In this document: positions 27,452 to 37,243 of the stretch, piece after piece
Layout: every line of letters begins with the position of its first letter
Numbering within the stretch: the first letter of the stretch is position 1
DNA from: Rhodanobacteraceae bacterium
GTDB lineage: Bacteria; Pseudomonadota; Gammaproteobacteria; Xanthomonadales; Rhodanobacteraceae
Direction of reading: 5' to 3'
NCBI GenBank assembly: GCA_035455825.1
Contig: DATIEJ010000171.1
Coordinates: forward strand, 1-56,727
DNA length: 56,727 bases
The notes under the pieces: model-generated
Database searches by the model: none
Told to the model about the DNA's origin: nothing
What the model saw: only the letters and a program-made list of their open reading frames with translations
Translations under genes and position numbers: made by a program

Positions 27452-29680
27452 TCAAAACCGCGGCCGGATCAACGTCCCAAACGTCAGATATATCGAGTTG
27501 TGGCCATTGTTCGTCTGGCCGTAGCCGAGAAACAGCGGGCCGAACGGTGTCTTGATGCCGGCAAACACGCTGCCGGCGTAGATCACTTCATCGAAGTTCG
27601 TATCGATCGCTTGTTGCAAGCCCCACAGATGGCCGGCTTCCAGGCTGGCGCCAAAATAGATCGGCACGCTGAACAACTTGTCCGGATCGCTGAGCTGGCG
27701 GTAATAGACGGCGCGGCCGAAGGCCAGATTCGGAGCGACGAGGCCTCGCTCCGGATAGCCCGACAGATTGAGGAACCCGCCAAGCGGATCGTTGACTTCG
27801 ATTACCGCCGAGTTGGTCGACACGGCCAGCCGCGTTCCAAACAGGAAATGATTCTCGCCGCTGCTAACGACGCCATCCCACACGACCTTGTAGGAATCCG
27901 CGTTGGCGTCGCTGCCGAGCGTCTGGCGGTACCAATAGCCGTCGAAGTCGAACCGCATTCCGTGCGCCGGGAAAATCGCATTGTCCAAAGTGTCGTACTC
28001 GATTCTCGCCGTGTAGGCGCCGTACAACGAATCACCTTCCGAAATCGAATCGGCCGCACCGATGTGGCGTCGTATCCAGTCATGGCCGTAGACCAGGCCG
28101 GTGCCGACAGCAAGGTTGTTCGACAGGTAGGTCCCGACGCCGGCGAGCGCTTCACCGCGGTAGACGCGGTAGTCCGCGACCTGCTCGGTGCCCTGGAACA
28201 GCGGGAAATTTTCCGCCGAGTAGCCCAGTTGGCCGATTGCAAAAAAGCGCGCGCCCAGGCCAAACGGCTGATAGAACTCCGACTGGATGCCGGTCTCGCC
28301 ACCGAGGCGCAGGCGATTGCGAAGTTCGCCGCCGGCGTCGTTGACGTTCTGGAAAGTCACGTCGGCCTTGAGCTGATAATCGCTGTCGCCCTTGAAATCG
28401 TTGCTCAGGGTAAATCCGAACTCCGCGATGTTCGGACCCCACGGCTTGTCGACCGCGGTGATCTCCAGGCCGACCTTGTCGTCGCGATTGACCAGCTGGT
28501 AGCGGATCGTCTGGTAGTAGCCCGTGCCGTAGACCGACTCGATCATGCGGTCGACCTGGGCCGGATCCAGCGGCCGGCCGACCAGTGGTTGCAACTCGCG
28601 CTGGACCAGCCGGGCTGCTCCCGGATTTCCGGAATCGACATGGACGAACTCGATCGTCGGCGCCGAGTACGCGATCAACCGATGGCGCGCCGTGAATTCG
28701 GCGTAGACCGCGGGAGATGCCCTGAAGGCCTGCAGCCGGTCGAGGGACTTCTCCGCTGCCCTTTCGCCGATCGGGATTGCCTTTTCCGCCTGGTCGAATG
28801 CAGCTGAACTGAAGTCGCCGAGCTCGGGCCTGATCAGGATGTCCTTCTCGCCGAGCAGGGCAAGCTGGCTGTTGATCCGATCCTGCGACAGCGTGCCGAC
28901 GACCTGATTGAGGATCGCCAGCGGGTTCGTCAGTTCGTCGCGCTTCGCAATCGGCGTGCCGACATCGACGACGATAAGGCGGTCGGCGCCCATCGCGCGC
29001 GCAACACCGACCGGAACGTTGTCGAAGATGCCGCCATCGACGAGGAGATAATCGTCCACGGGAAGCGGCGCGAACGCACCCGGCACGGACATGCTCGAAC
29101 GAATCGCCAGCACCAGATCGCCCTTGCTCCAGACGACCGGCTTGCCGCTGAGAATATCCGCGGCAACCGCGCGATAGGGAATCGGCAAATCGTCGAAGTC
29201 GTCGATCTTCCACGTCGAAGCCAGAATCTGGCGCAGCAACAGCAGCAGTTTCTGGCCCTGGATCAGTCCCTGCGGCGTGACGATGCGGCCGTCGCGATAG
29301 CCGACTTCGTAACCGAGCAGGAATTCCAGGTCTTCGTTCTTGCGCCGCATGCTGAGTCTCTCGCGCGGCGGGTCGTCGCTGAGAACCTCCTTCCAGTCGA
29401 TCTGGCCGAGTATCGTTTCGATTTGCTCGGGGCTGTAGCCGGACGCGTACATGCCGCCGACGATCGCGCCCATGCTCGTGCCGGCAACCTTGCATATCGG
29501 TATGTGCTCGCGTTCGAGCACCTTGAGCACGCCGATGTGCGCCGCGCCGCGTGCGCCGCCGCCGCCAAGGACGAGCCCGATGCAGTCGGCCGCTTGCGCG
29601 GCCGGGAGCGCAGCCCAGGCCAGAGTTGCGAATGCCCAGGCGAGGACATGCCGCCGGACTTTGCCGCGTCGATTGGTCAT
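27452..29680 (-). CDS. Patatin-like phospholipase with POTRA + beta-barrel (PlpD-like, type Vd architecture)
   Basis: Signal peptide, GGGGARG, GTSMG, DGG catalytic motifs, C-terminal amphipathic strands ending in F. Confidence 0.9.
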   Translation of the reverse strand: MTNRRGKVRRHVLAWAFATLAWAALPAAQAADCIGLVLGGGGARGAAHIGVLKVLEREHIPICKVAGTSMGAIVGGMYASGYSPEQIETILGQIDWKEVLSDDPPRERLSMRRKNEDLEFLLGYEVGYRDGRIVTPQGLIQGQKLLLLLRQILASTWKIDDFDDLPIPYRAVAADILSGKPVVWSKGDLVLAIRSSMSVPGAFAPLPVDDYLLVDGGIFDNVPVGVARAMGADRLIVVDVGTPIAKRDELTNPLAILNQVVGTLSQDRINSQLALLGEKDILIRPELGDFSSAAFDQAEKAIPIGERAAEKSLDRLQAFRASPAVYAEFTARHRLIAYSAPTIEFVHVDSGNPGAARLVQRELQPLVGRPLDPAQVDRMIESVYGTGYYQTIRYQLVNRDDKVGLEITAVDKPWGPNIAEFGFTLSNDFKGDSDYQLKADVTFQNVNDAGGELRNRLRLGGETGIQSEFYQPFGLGARFFAIGQLGYSAENFPLFQGTEQVADYRVYRGEALAGVGTYLSNNLAVGTGLVYGHDWIRRHIGAADSISEGDSLYGAYTARIEYDTLDNAIFPAHGMRFDFDGYWYRQTLGSDANADSYKVVWDGVVSSGENHFLFGTRLAVSTNSAVIEVNDPLGGFLNLSGYPERGLVAPNLAFGRAVYYRQLSDPDKLFSVPIYFGASLEAGHLWGLQQAIDTNFDEVIYAGSVFAGIKTPFGPLFLGYGQTNNGHNSIYLTFGTLIRPRF

Positions 29681-29708
29681 GCATGTCTCCCGTCGCGCCC
29701 GCTGCCGC

Positions 29709-29744
29709 AAAACAAGAAGCCGCCGGAAGTATATAGGCGGCTTC
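29709..29744 (-). terminator. Intrinsic terminator between the beta-barrel gene and the patatin gene
   Basis: Minus strand GAAGCCGCC-11 nt loop-GGCGGCTTC followed by TTGTTTT. Confidence 0.55.
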
Positions 29745-29822
29745 GTTGCATAGGCGTACATCGATGCGGCGCAGGCGTTGGATCAAATCCGCCACAGCGC
29801 GCGCCGCTTGCAAGGCGGGCGG

Positions 29823-30671
29823 TCAGAAGCGCGCCTTGAGCAATACCTGAAAGCCGCTGAACCTGATGTCGGCGTTGCCGAGGAAGTTCGTGCGTTCCAC
29901 GTCCGCCTCGATCTTGTTGTACGTGTATTGCGTGACCACGCCGAAGTTCGTCCACGGATAGAACTCGACGCCGACACGGGCGTTGTAGAGCGTCGCATCG
30001 ACGTTCTCGACCTTGATCTTGAAGCCGCCGCCATCGGCAACCAGGCGAGCCCAGTCAGCCATCTGGTAGCGGTAGGAAAGGCCCAGCGACGGGTCCGGAA
30101 GCGTGCTCGACACCTTGGCGCTCGCGCTGCCGGTCTGCGTCACGCCGCCGTCGGAACCGGTGATGCCGACGGTGCCGTTGACGTCCAGGCTGATGCTGTA
30201 CCACTGCAGGCCGCCGAAGATGCCGAACGCTGCGTCGTCGCTGGTCCATGCCCAGTAGCGGTAGGTGATGCTGCCTGCATCGACCGAAAACTTCGATGCG
30301 AGCCGGCTGCCGACGATGAATTCCTTGCCGTTGAACATGATGTTGCGCGAAAGCGTGCTGGTCTGGGAATTCGATTCGGAGAAATAGCTGAATTCGAATT
30401 CGTGGTGCTCCCACGGACGCCACGTGACGTCGAAGTAGGGCAGCGCCTTCGTTCCGCCCTGGCCGAGATCGCGATCGAAATCCAGCGGTGTGCCGGACCC
30501 CAGGACCGCTCCGTCTGCGCGCAAGGTCGCGGACGAATTGTTTGCAAACGCGCCGACGCTGACCGAAATGTCATCGAGCGCGCGATCGACTTCCGCGTGT
30601 GTGACCTGACCGAAGCAACCCGCGGCAAGCGCGAGCAACGAAGAAACATGAACACGACGACTGGCGAACAT
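29823..30671 (-). CDS. Putative outer-membrane beta-barrel protein
   Basis: Signal peptide, alternating aromatic/Gly strands, C-terminal VLLKARF; GAGGAG RBS. Confidence 0.75.
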   Translation of the reverse strand: MFASRRVHVSSLLALAAGCFGQVTHAEVDRALDDISVSVGAFANNSSATLRADGAVLGSGTPLDFDRDLGQGGTKALPYFDVTWRPWEHHEFEFSYFSESNSQTSTLSRNIMFNGKEFIVGSRLASKFSVDAGSITYRYWAWTSDDAAFGIFGGLQWYSISLDVNGTVGITGSDGGVTQTGSASAKVSSTLPDPSLGLSYRYQMADWARLVADGGGFKIKVENVDATLYNARVGVEFYPWTNFGVVTQYTYNKIEADVERTNFLGNADIRFSGFQVLLKARF

Positions 30672-30838
30672 TGACCGACTCCTCGAAAGTCAACAATCGG
30701 GTTGGGAAAAAAGGCGCATTCATTCTGTCAGAACTTCCGCGCCGGTTGGAGCGCACTGTTCTGCAACGTCTGGCGCGCGCCAATGATCCGGATCCTAAGC
30801 ACGCCCCTCGTGACTCAAGTCAAAAGCACCGATGCCCA

Positions 30839-30856
30839 ATCGGACCTAGGTCCCAT
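30839..30856 (+). promoter_or_regulatory. Regulon box 1 (ATCGGACCTAGGTCCCAT)
   Basis: 18-bp imperfect palindrome; TAGCCT 23 nt downstream; upstream of DUF2092 module 1. Confidence 0.75.
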
Positions 30857-30985
30857 ATCGCCGGCGCCGGGCGCCGGCGTAGCCTTGCAGGCTCGGCACC
30901 CATGCTTCGCGGAGATACCGGGTGTCATGCCGACGCGCGCCAGGCGCGGTGCCGATCCGCTCTTGCGAACGCGAGGAGAAACATC

Positions 30986-31780
30986 GTGGACAAATCACGC
31001 AACAGGACCGTATGGCTCCTTTCGGCATCGCTTCTGGCTCTGGCAGCGCCACTGGCCGCACAGGAAACCGCGGCGGGCGCCAATACCGAAGTCTCGCCCC
31101 AGGTCATCTCGCCCGATGCGCAGGCCGTCATCGACAGGATGACTGCGTACATGCGCACCTTGAAGACCTACTCGATCGACAGCAATGCCACGCGCGATGA
31201 AGTCGTGGCGTTCGGCTACAAGTTGCAGCACAACGAGCACTCGAAGGTGACCGTCCAGTTGCCGAACAAGCTTCGTGCCGAAATATCCGGCGACCTGCGC
31301 GACCGCACCGTCGTCTACGACGGCACGAAGATCGCGATCTACTCGCCGGATGATGACGTCTACGCGCGCACCACCGCGCCGGACAGCGTGCACAAGCTGA
31401 TCGGCAACCTGCTCGATGCCGGCGTCGAGATGCCGATGGTCGATGTGCTGTACCAGACCGGTACGGGCACGTTGACCGAGTCGGTGCGCGGCGGCGTGCT
31501 CGTCGGCGACTCGGAGATCGACGGCGCCGACTGCGATCACCTGGCGTTCCGGCAGCCCACGATCGACTGGCAGCTCTGGGTCGAGAAAGGCGACAAGGCG
31601 CTGCCGCGCAAGATCGTGATCACGACCCGCTACGAAGTTGGTGATCCCCAGTACCAGGCGACCCTGCGCTGGAATCTGAATCCGAAGATCGATGCGTCGA
31701 CCTTCACGTTCACGGCGCCGAAAGACGCGAAGGAAATTCCCTTCAGTAACCCTGCGGCAATCAATGGCGCCGCGCCGTAA
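30986..31780 (+). CDS. DUF2092 periplasmic protein (LolA-like fold), copy 1
   Basis: GTG start after GAGGAG; signal peptide; CDHLAFRQ..IDWQLWV..GD..LPRKIVIT, PQY..W, FTFTAP. Confidence 0.82.
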   Translation: MDKSRNRTVWLLSASLLALAAPLAAQETAAGANTEVSPQVISPDAQAVIDRMTAYMRTLKTYSIDSNATRDEVVAFGYKLQHNEHSKVTVQLPNKLRAEISGDLRDRTVVYDGTKIAIYSPDDDVYARTTAPDSVHKLIGNLLDAGVEMPMVDVLYQTGTGTLTESVRGGVLVGDSEIDGADCDHLAFRQPTIDWQLWVEKGDKALPRKIVITTRYEVGDPQYQATLRWNLNPKIDASTFTFTAPKDAKEIPFSNPAAINGAAP

Positions 31781-31790
31781 GGAGATCGAC

Positions 31791-32525
31791 ATGAGCAGCA
31801 AGCAAGCCAATTCGATTCAGAAGCGCACGTCGCGAGCGTCGGCTCTCTGCCTGACCGTCGCGGGTGTCGCGCTCGCGCTGGCATTCTCGGATGCCGATGC
31901 CGCTCGCGGCGGTGGTGGCGGTGGCGGTGGCGGGAGAGGCGGCGGTGGTGGTGGAGGCGGCGGTAAAATGGCCCAGAGTTCGGTCTCCGGTGCCAATCGA
32001 TCGGCCGGTGGCGGAGGCGGCGGTGCGAACCGCGGTGGTGGTGGCGGCGCGAGCGCGAACACGGCGAACCGCGGTGGTGGCGGCGCGAGCGCGAACACGG
32101 CGAACCGCGGCGGTGGCGGCGCCAGTGCCAACAGCGGCAACCGCGGCAACACCGCCAACACGGCGAATCGCAGCGGCAATGCGACCGGCAACAACGTCAA
32201 CTCCGGCAACAGGACCAACAACAACGTCGGCAGCGGCAACAACGTCAACAACGGCAACATCAATGTCGGCAACGACGTCAACGTCAACATCGATGGCGGC
32301 TACAACGGCTGGGGCGGTGGTTACCATCATCCGATTGCCGCGGCCGCCACGATCGGCGCGATTGCCGTCACGACTGCCGCGGTCGTCGGTTCCTACTACC
32401 ACACGTTGCCTGCGGGCTGCTCGACAGTTGTCATGAATGGCGCGACCTACAGTCAGTGCGGCACCGTCTATTACCAGCAGACGATGCAAGGCAGCGATCC
32501 GGTCTACGTCGTCGTCAATCCCTGA
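31791..32525 (+). CDS. Secreted Gly/Asn-rich low-complexity protein with C-terminal Cys-pair domain, copy 1
   Basis: Signal peptide ending ADA-AR; ANRGGGG(G)ASAN(T/S) repeats x3; NNVNNGNINVGNDVNVNID; YYHTLPAGC...CGTVYY. Confidence 0.75.
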   Translation: MSSKQANSIQKRTSRASALCLTVAGVALALAFSDADAARGGGGGGGGGRGGGGGGGGGKMAQSSVSGANRSAGGGGGGANRGGGGGASANTANRGGGGASANTANRGGGGASANSGNRGNTANTANRSGNATGNNVNSGNRTNNNVGSGNNVNNGNINVGNDVNVNIDGGYNGWGGGYHHPIAAAATIGAIAVTTAAVVGSYYHTLPAGCSTVVMNGATYSQCGTVYYQQTMQGSDPVYVVVNP

Positions 32526-32751
32526 CGCGCGCGCGGAAACGACTGAATCAGCAATCGCTCATTCTGCACCGCAGCCGTTCCGACTGCTGCGGTGCTGCAT
32601 TCGTGCCTGCCTCGTGCACGCGCGCGCCCCCGATCGCGGCAGCCGGCTGAACTGCCCGTTTTCATTCGGAGAAAACAAGCGCTACCGACGCCCCCTGACA
32701 AAGGGCTGACGACCGCCGGCAGGCCCGCTCGTGCTGCGGTGCGAGAGCGCC

Positions 32752-32769
32752 ATGGGATCAAGGTCCAAT
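32752..32769 (+). promoter_or_regulatory. Regulon box 2 (ATGGGATCAAGGTCCAAT)
   Basis: Same motif; TAGCCT 22 nt downstream; upstream of DUF2092 module 2. Confidence 0.75.
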
Positions 32770-32888
32770 TTCGCCGAAAGCCTTTGCGGCCTAGCCTCGC
32801 ACCCAGTGGCGGCGGTGCCAGCGGACCGCGTATGCTTTGCGCGCGGCAGGGTCGCCAGCCTGAACTGCGAATTTGACGAGGAGAAATC

Positions 32889-33689
32889 ATGAGCATGTCA
32901 CGTCATAGGTCAGTCGTCGTACCGTTGTTGTCAGCGCTACTGCTGCTTCTGGCAGTGCCGCTTGCCGCGCAAGAGACCGCGCCCGCTGCGGGCTCCCCGG
33001 CAATTGCGCAGGCAATCTCGCCGGAGGCGCAGGCGGTGCTCGACCGCATGACCGCCTTCCTGAAGACGCAGAAGACATTCTCGATCGACAGCCAGTCCAC
33101 GCGCGACGACGTCGTTGCGTTTGGCTACAAATTGCAGAACAACGAACATGCAACCCTGACCGCCCAGCTGCACGACAAGCTGCGTGTCGAGGTCTCCGGC
33201 GACGATCGGGAACGCCTGTTCATCTACGACGGCTCCACGCTCACGCTGTACTCGCCCGACGACGAAGCCTATTCGCAAGTCAAGGCGCCGGACACTGTCG
33301 GCAAGCTCGTCGACCGGCTGCTCGGCGCGGGCATCGAAATGCCGATGATCGACATGTTGTACCAGATTCATCAGGGATCGCTCACTGAAGCGGTGCGCGG
33401 CGGCGTGCTGGTCGGCGACTCGAACATCGATGGCACCGACTGCGACCATCTGGCGTTCCGCCAAGGCAACATCGACTGGCAGCTGTGGGTCGCGCAAGGC
33501 GACAAGCCGTTGCCGCGCAAGCTGCTGATCACGACACGCTACGAGGTTGGCGATCCCCAGTACCAGGTGACGATGCGCTGGAATCTGAATCCCAAGATCG
33601 ATAAATCGACTTTCGTATTTACGCCGCCGAAAGGCGTGAACAAGATTCCATTCAGCGATCCGGCAGCCCTCAGCGACGCGGCGCCGTAA
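32889..33689 (+). CDS. DUF2092 periplasmic protein, copy 2
   Basis: Close paralog of 30986-31780 (VVAFGYKLQ, EMPM.D.LYQ, CDHLAFRQ, RYEVGDPQY, WNLNPKID). Confidence 0.85.
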   Translation: MSMSRHRSVVVPLLSALLLLLAVPLAAQETAPAAGSPAIAQAISPEAQAVLDRMTAFLKTQKTFSIDSQSTRDDVVAFGYKLQNNEHATLTAQLHDKLRVEVSGDDRERLFIYDGSTLTLYSPDDEAYSQVKAPDTVGKLVDRLLGAGIEMPMIDMLYQIHQGSLTEAVRGGVLVGDSNIDGTDCDHLAFRQGNIDWQLWVAQGDKPLPRKLLITTRYEVGDPQYQVTMRWNLNPKIDKSTFVFTPPKGVNKIPFSDPAALSDAAP

Positions 33690-33703
33690 ACAGGAGACCG
33701 AAC

Positions 33704-34531
33704 ATGAACAGCAAACACGAAAATTCGCTCTCGAGTTCGGTGGGACGGCGCGTCGCGCTGATCTTGATCATCATCTGCTGCGCCCTGGTACTTGGAATTC
33801 CCGACCTCAGCGACGCACGCGGTGGACGTGGCGGTGGTGGCGGAGGGCGTGGTGGCGGCGGTGGCGGACGTGGCGGCGGCGGTTACAGCGGCGGCGGTGG
33901 GGGCCGTGCGCAGAGTTCGGTGTCCGGCGCGAATCGTTCGAGCTATGGCGGCAGCAGCAGCCGCGGCAGCAGCAACCGCGCCAGCGCGGGCACGAGCGAT
34001 CGCGGAGGGGGCAACCGCGCCAGTGCGGGCACCAGCGACCGTGGCGGCGGCAATCGTGCCAGTGCTGGCACCAGTGACCGTGGCGGAAACCGGGGCGACA
34101 GCAATCGAGGCGACGGCAACCGGGGCGACGGCAATCGCGGTGATGGCAACCGCGGCGACGGTAACCGTGGTGATCGTGGCGACATCGGCAGCGGCAACAA
34201 CATCAACAACGGCAACATCAATGCCGGCAACAACGTGAACGTCGACATCGATGGCGGCTATGGCTGGGGCGGCGGCTGGGGCGGCTACTACCACCCGATC
34301 GCGGCGGGCATCGCCATTGGCGCCGTTGCCGCGACGACGGCGGCCGTAATCGGCTCGTACTACTACACGTTGCCGCCCAGCTGCGCATCGTACTGGTATG
34401 GCGGCTACTACCATTGCGGCAGCGTTTATTACCAACAGACCTGGTCGGGTAACGACGTCGTCTACGTGGCCGTGGACGATCCGGCGAAATCAGGCGCCGC
34501 TCCACCGCCGCCTCCTCCGGCGCAGCCTTGA
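33704..34531 (+). CDS. Secreted Gly/Asn-rich protein, copy 2, with RGD repeats
   Basis: Paralog of 31791-32525; NRASAGTSDRGG(G) x3, seven RGD, NNINNGNINAGNNVNVDID, YYYTLPPSC..CGSVYY, Pro tail. Confidence 0.78.
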   Translation: MNSKHENSLSSSVGRRVALILIIICCALVLGIPDLSDARGGRGGGGGGRGGGGGGRGGGGYSGGGGGRAQSSVSGANRSSYGGSSSRGSSNRASAGTSDRGGGNRASAGTSDRGGGNRASAGTSDRGGNRGDSNRGDGNRGDGNRGDGNRGDGNRGDRGDIGSGNNINNGNINAGNNVNVDIDGGYGWGGGWGGYYHPIAAGIAIGAVAATTAAVIGSYYYTLPPSCASYWYGGYYHCGSVYYQQTWSGNDVVYVAVDDPAKSGAAPPPPPPAQP

Positions 34532-34589
34532 AGCGGGTAGGCGAAGCGTGCAGACAACAACAATCAAAACAGATACAGGAGCTCCGAAC

Positions 34590-35333
34590 ATGCGCAACAC
34601 CAAGAACGTGATGGCGAAGTTGCTACCGGCTCTGCTGTTTGCGGCAGCCCCGATCGGCGCGCTTGCCGAAGACTGGGATTGGTCGCTAACGCCTTACGCC
34701 TGGCTCCCGGCGGTCGGGACCGACATTCACATCGACGTTCCGCCGATCGACACCGGCGGCACGACCCAGTTTTCCGCCATCCGGCCGAAGCTGGGCTTCA
34801 CGATTCCGCTGCACCTCGAGGCGCAGGGTGATGAATGGGGTCTGCTTTCCGACCTGCTGTATCTGCCTGTTTCTGCGGAACGTCATAACCAGTTGTTTTC
34901 CACCGACACATCGCTCGATGCCGGAATCTTCGAGCTGGCTGCCGTCTGGAGTCCCGGCCCGGTTCGCCACGAGGGTTGGGAGCTCATCGGCGGCCTGCGT
35001 TATCTCTGGGCGTCGGTCGACTTTAAGCTGATCCCGGCCAATCCGGCGCTGCCGAGCGGCAAGATCAGCGTCGACAAGAGCTATCCCGACTTCATGCTCG
35101 GCGCGCGCTATACGGCCCGATTGACCGACCGTTGGGCGCTGACTCTGCGCGGCGATGGCTCGTGGGGCAGCACGGACGGCACGTATGGCGCCGACGCGGT
35201 GTTTACTTACGCGACGAGCAATGGTGCGTGGGTACTCGGCTACCGCTACCTGAGGCCGAAATTCAGCAACGAGGACCGCGAATTCAACGTGAAAATGTAT
35301 GGACCGGAGTTCGGCTATACGTTCAAGTTCTAG
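34590..35333 (+). CDS. Putative outer-membrane beta-barrel protein
   Basis: Signal peptide, WDWSLTPYAWLP, LIGGLRY, LGYRYL, C-terminal GPEFGYTFKF. Confidence 0.78.
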   Translation: MRNTKNVMAKLLPALLFAAAPIGALAEDWDWSLTPYAWLPAVGTDIHIDVPPIDTGGTTQFSAIRPKLGFTIPLHLEAQGDEWGLLSDLLYLPVSAERHNQLFSTDTSLDAGIFELAAVWSPGPVRHEGWELIGGLRYLWASVDFKLIPANPALPSGKISVDKSYPDFMLGARYTARLTDRWALTLRGDGSWGSTDGTYGADAVFTYATSNGAWVLGYRYLRPKFSNEDREFNVKMYGPEFGYTFKF

Positions 35334-35401
35334 ATGTGCACAAGTACAGGTGTGATCGCAACGGCGCACGCAACGTGCGCCGCTTGAATCCGGAGGTTCA
35401 T

Positions 35402-35827
35402 ATGCAAAAGATTTCAATGAAGGTTTCGCTGGCATGCGCGGCCTTGGCGTTTTCCGGAGCGGCACTGAGCCAGGCCCCTTCCGAGGCCGAACTGGCCGAA
35501 TGCAACAACATCGCGGTGCAGCAGAGCGGCTACAACCCCGCGAACCCGCCGCCGGCACCTACGGCGCAGGCCGCTCCGGTCACCGGCAGCGGATCGAGGG
35601 CCAGGGGCGCCGCAGCAGGAGCGGCCGTCGGTGCGATCGGCGGCAACGATGTCGGCAACGCCGCGGCAAAAGGCGCGGTCGTCGGCGGCGTTGCCCAGCG
35701 CAACCGCAACCGCGGTGCGGCAGCGCAAGCCAATGCATCGGCAGCGCAGCAGCAGCAGAGCGGGTCGGCAGCGTACGAGAGTGCGCGGCGCGCGTGCCTG
35801 CAGGCGAAAGGCTACAACGTGAACTAA
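35402..35827 (+). CDS. Secreted glycine-zipper protein with a Cys pair
   Basis: Signal peptide, ECNNIA, GAAAGAAVGAIGG..GAVVGG, RACLQAKGY; GGAGG RBS. Confidence 0.75.
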   Translation: MQKISMKVSLACAALAFSGAALSQAPSEAELAECNNIAVQQSGYNPANPPPAPTAQAAPVTGSGSRARGAAAGAAVGAIGGNDVGNAAAKGAVVGGVAQRNRNRGAAAQANASAAQQQQSGSAAYESARRACLQAKGYNVN

Positions 35828-35869
35828 AGTGCGAGCCTGCAATCCGTCGGGCCGTTACGGGAGGGGAAG

Positions 35870-36415
35870 ATGACGCTGCGATTCGCCACAGTCCGGAGCT
35901 TTTTCGTCGTAATGGCATTCGCCGGCCTCGTCGCCGGCTGCGGGCCGAGCATCAGTGTCCGCACCGACTTCCATCCGGGCACGAACTTCTCCGTCTACAA
36001 GACCGTAACGATCAGCGACGCCAAGACCGAGCTGGATCCGTTCATCGCAGAGCGGATCCGGCAGGCAGTCGCGACGCAACTCGCAGCCAAGGGAATCACG
36101 CGTGTGCCGAGCGACGGCGACCTGGTCATGCATGCGCATGTTCGCCTGCGCACCGACACGACGGTCAGCAGCTGGGGCGGCGGCTGGGGTTATGGCTACT
36201 ATGGCGGCGGCTACTACGGCGGCAACTATGTCGACGTACGCCAGGTCAGGGTAGGCACCCTCGTCGTCGACCTTGTCGATCGGGCGAAGGGCGAAGCGGT
36301 CTGGCGCGGTATTGCCGAAGGCACGATCGACCAGAACGCCACGCCGCAGGAGTCCGAAGCGCACATCAATGCGGCGGTCGAGAAGCTGTTCCGGGAATAT
36401 CCGCCGAAGAGTTGA
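35870..36415 (+). CDS. DUF4136-family lipoprotein
   Basis: Lipobox VAGC, NFSVYKT, GTLVVDLVD...VWRG, AVEKLF..YPP. Confidence 0.82.
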   Translation: MTLRFATVRSFFVVMAFAGLVAGCGPSISVRTDFHPGTNFSVYKTVTISDAKTELDPFIAERIRQAVATQLAAKGITRVPSDGDLVMHAHVRLRTDTTVSSWGGGWGYGYYGGGYYGGNYVDVRQVRVGTLVVDLVDRAKGEAVWRGIAEGTIDQNATPQESEAHINAAVEKLFREYPPKS

Positions 36416-36696
36416 TCGAATCCAGCGTGGCGCGTGCGTGAGGCCGTAATCGAATGCGCGCACTCGGAACGCCCGCGATGCTTCCGAGGCGTCGCAGCCG
36501 CAGCGGAGTGACGACAGTTCAATTCCGGGTGGACGCGGTATGGACGTCGACCGTCCGAATATGCGTGCAGGAGCAGTGCTTCTGATCCTGGAGTTGAACA
36601 GGCGGTTCGGCGGTGTAGTACGGATTGCCGGCGCGCCCACGGACGCGGCGCCGAGTCATCTGGCGCTGGCCGCGTCGATGCCCGCGAGCGTGACAG

Positions 36697-37077
36697 ATGG
36701 AACACGACATCCTGGCGCGTTTCGCGCAAGACATGGCCGACCGCCTGACCGGGCCGATGACGTTCCGCCTCGTCCTGCAGCCGGTGATGGCCATCATCCT
36801 GGCGGTCATCGACGGCCGGAACGATGCCAGGAACGGCAAGCCGCCGTACCTGTGGGCTGTATTGACGCAGCGCGGGCACCGTCTCGAATCGCTCAAGCAT
36901 GGCTGGAAAAGCATCGGCCGCGTCTTTCTGGTGGCCCTGGGCCTTGATTTCGTCTACGAGATCATCGGGCAACCGGCCGTGTATCCGGATGAGGCGATCA
37001 TCGTCGCCATCCTGCTTGCAATCGTGCCCTATGTGTTTCTGCGCGGGCTCGTGACGCGATGGGCGTCGCGAAGGTGA
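36697..37077 (+). CDS. Hypothetical membrane protein
   Basis: RLTGPMTFRLVLQPVMA, about 3 hydrophobic segments, LAIVPYVFLRG. Confidence 0.72.
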   Translation: MEHDILARFAQDMADRLTGPMTFRLVLQPVMAIILAVIDGRNDARNGKPPYLWAVLTQRGHRLESLKHGWKSIGRVFLVALGLDFVYEIIGQPAVYPDEAIIVAILLAIVPYVFLRGLVTRWASRR

Positions 37078-37096
37078 TCCGCGCGGATCGTGGTCC

Positions 37097-37114
37097 ATGG
37101 GGCCTAGGTCCAAT
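37097..37114 (+). promoter_or_regulatory. Regulon box 3 (ATGGGGCCTAGGTCCAAT), with an overlapping second degenerate site at 37083-37098
   Basis: Same motif; TATCGT 22 nt downstream; upstream of ompA. Confidence 0.72.
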
Positions 37115-37243
37115 GTCGCCGGCCCCGAATGATCGCTATCGTTGCAAGCCTTAATAACATTTTGTTAAAACAGGGGCTACCGCGGCCGCCGGCTTCGTGC
37201 GGCGCAGTCCTTGCGAGCGATATTCATGCAGAGGAGATCCCCG

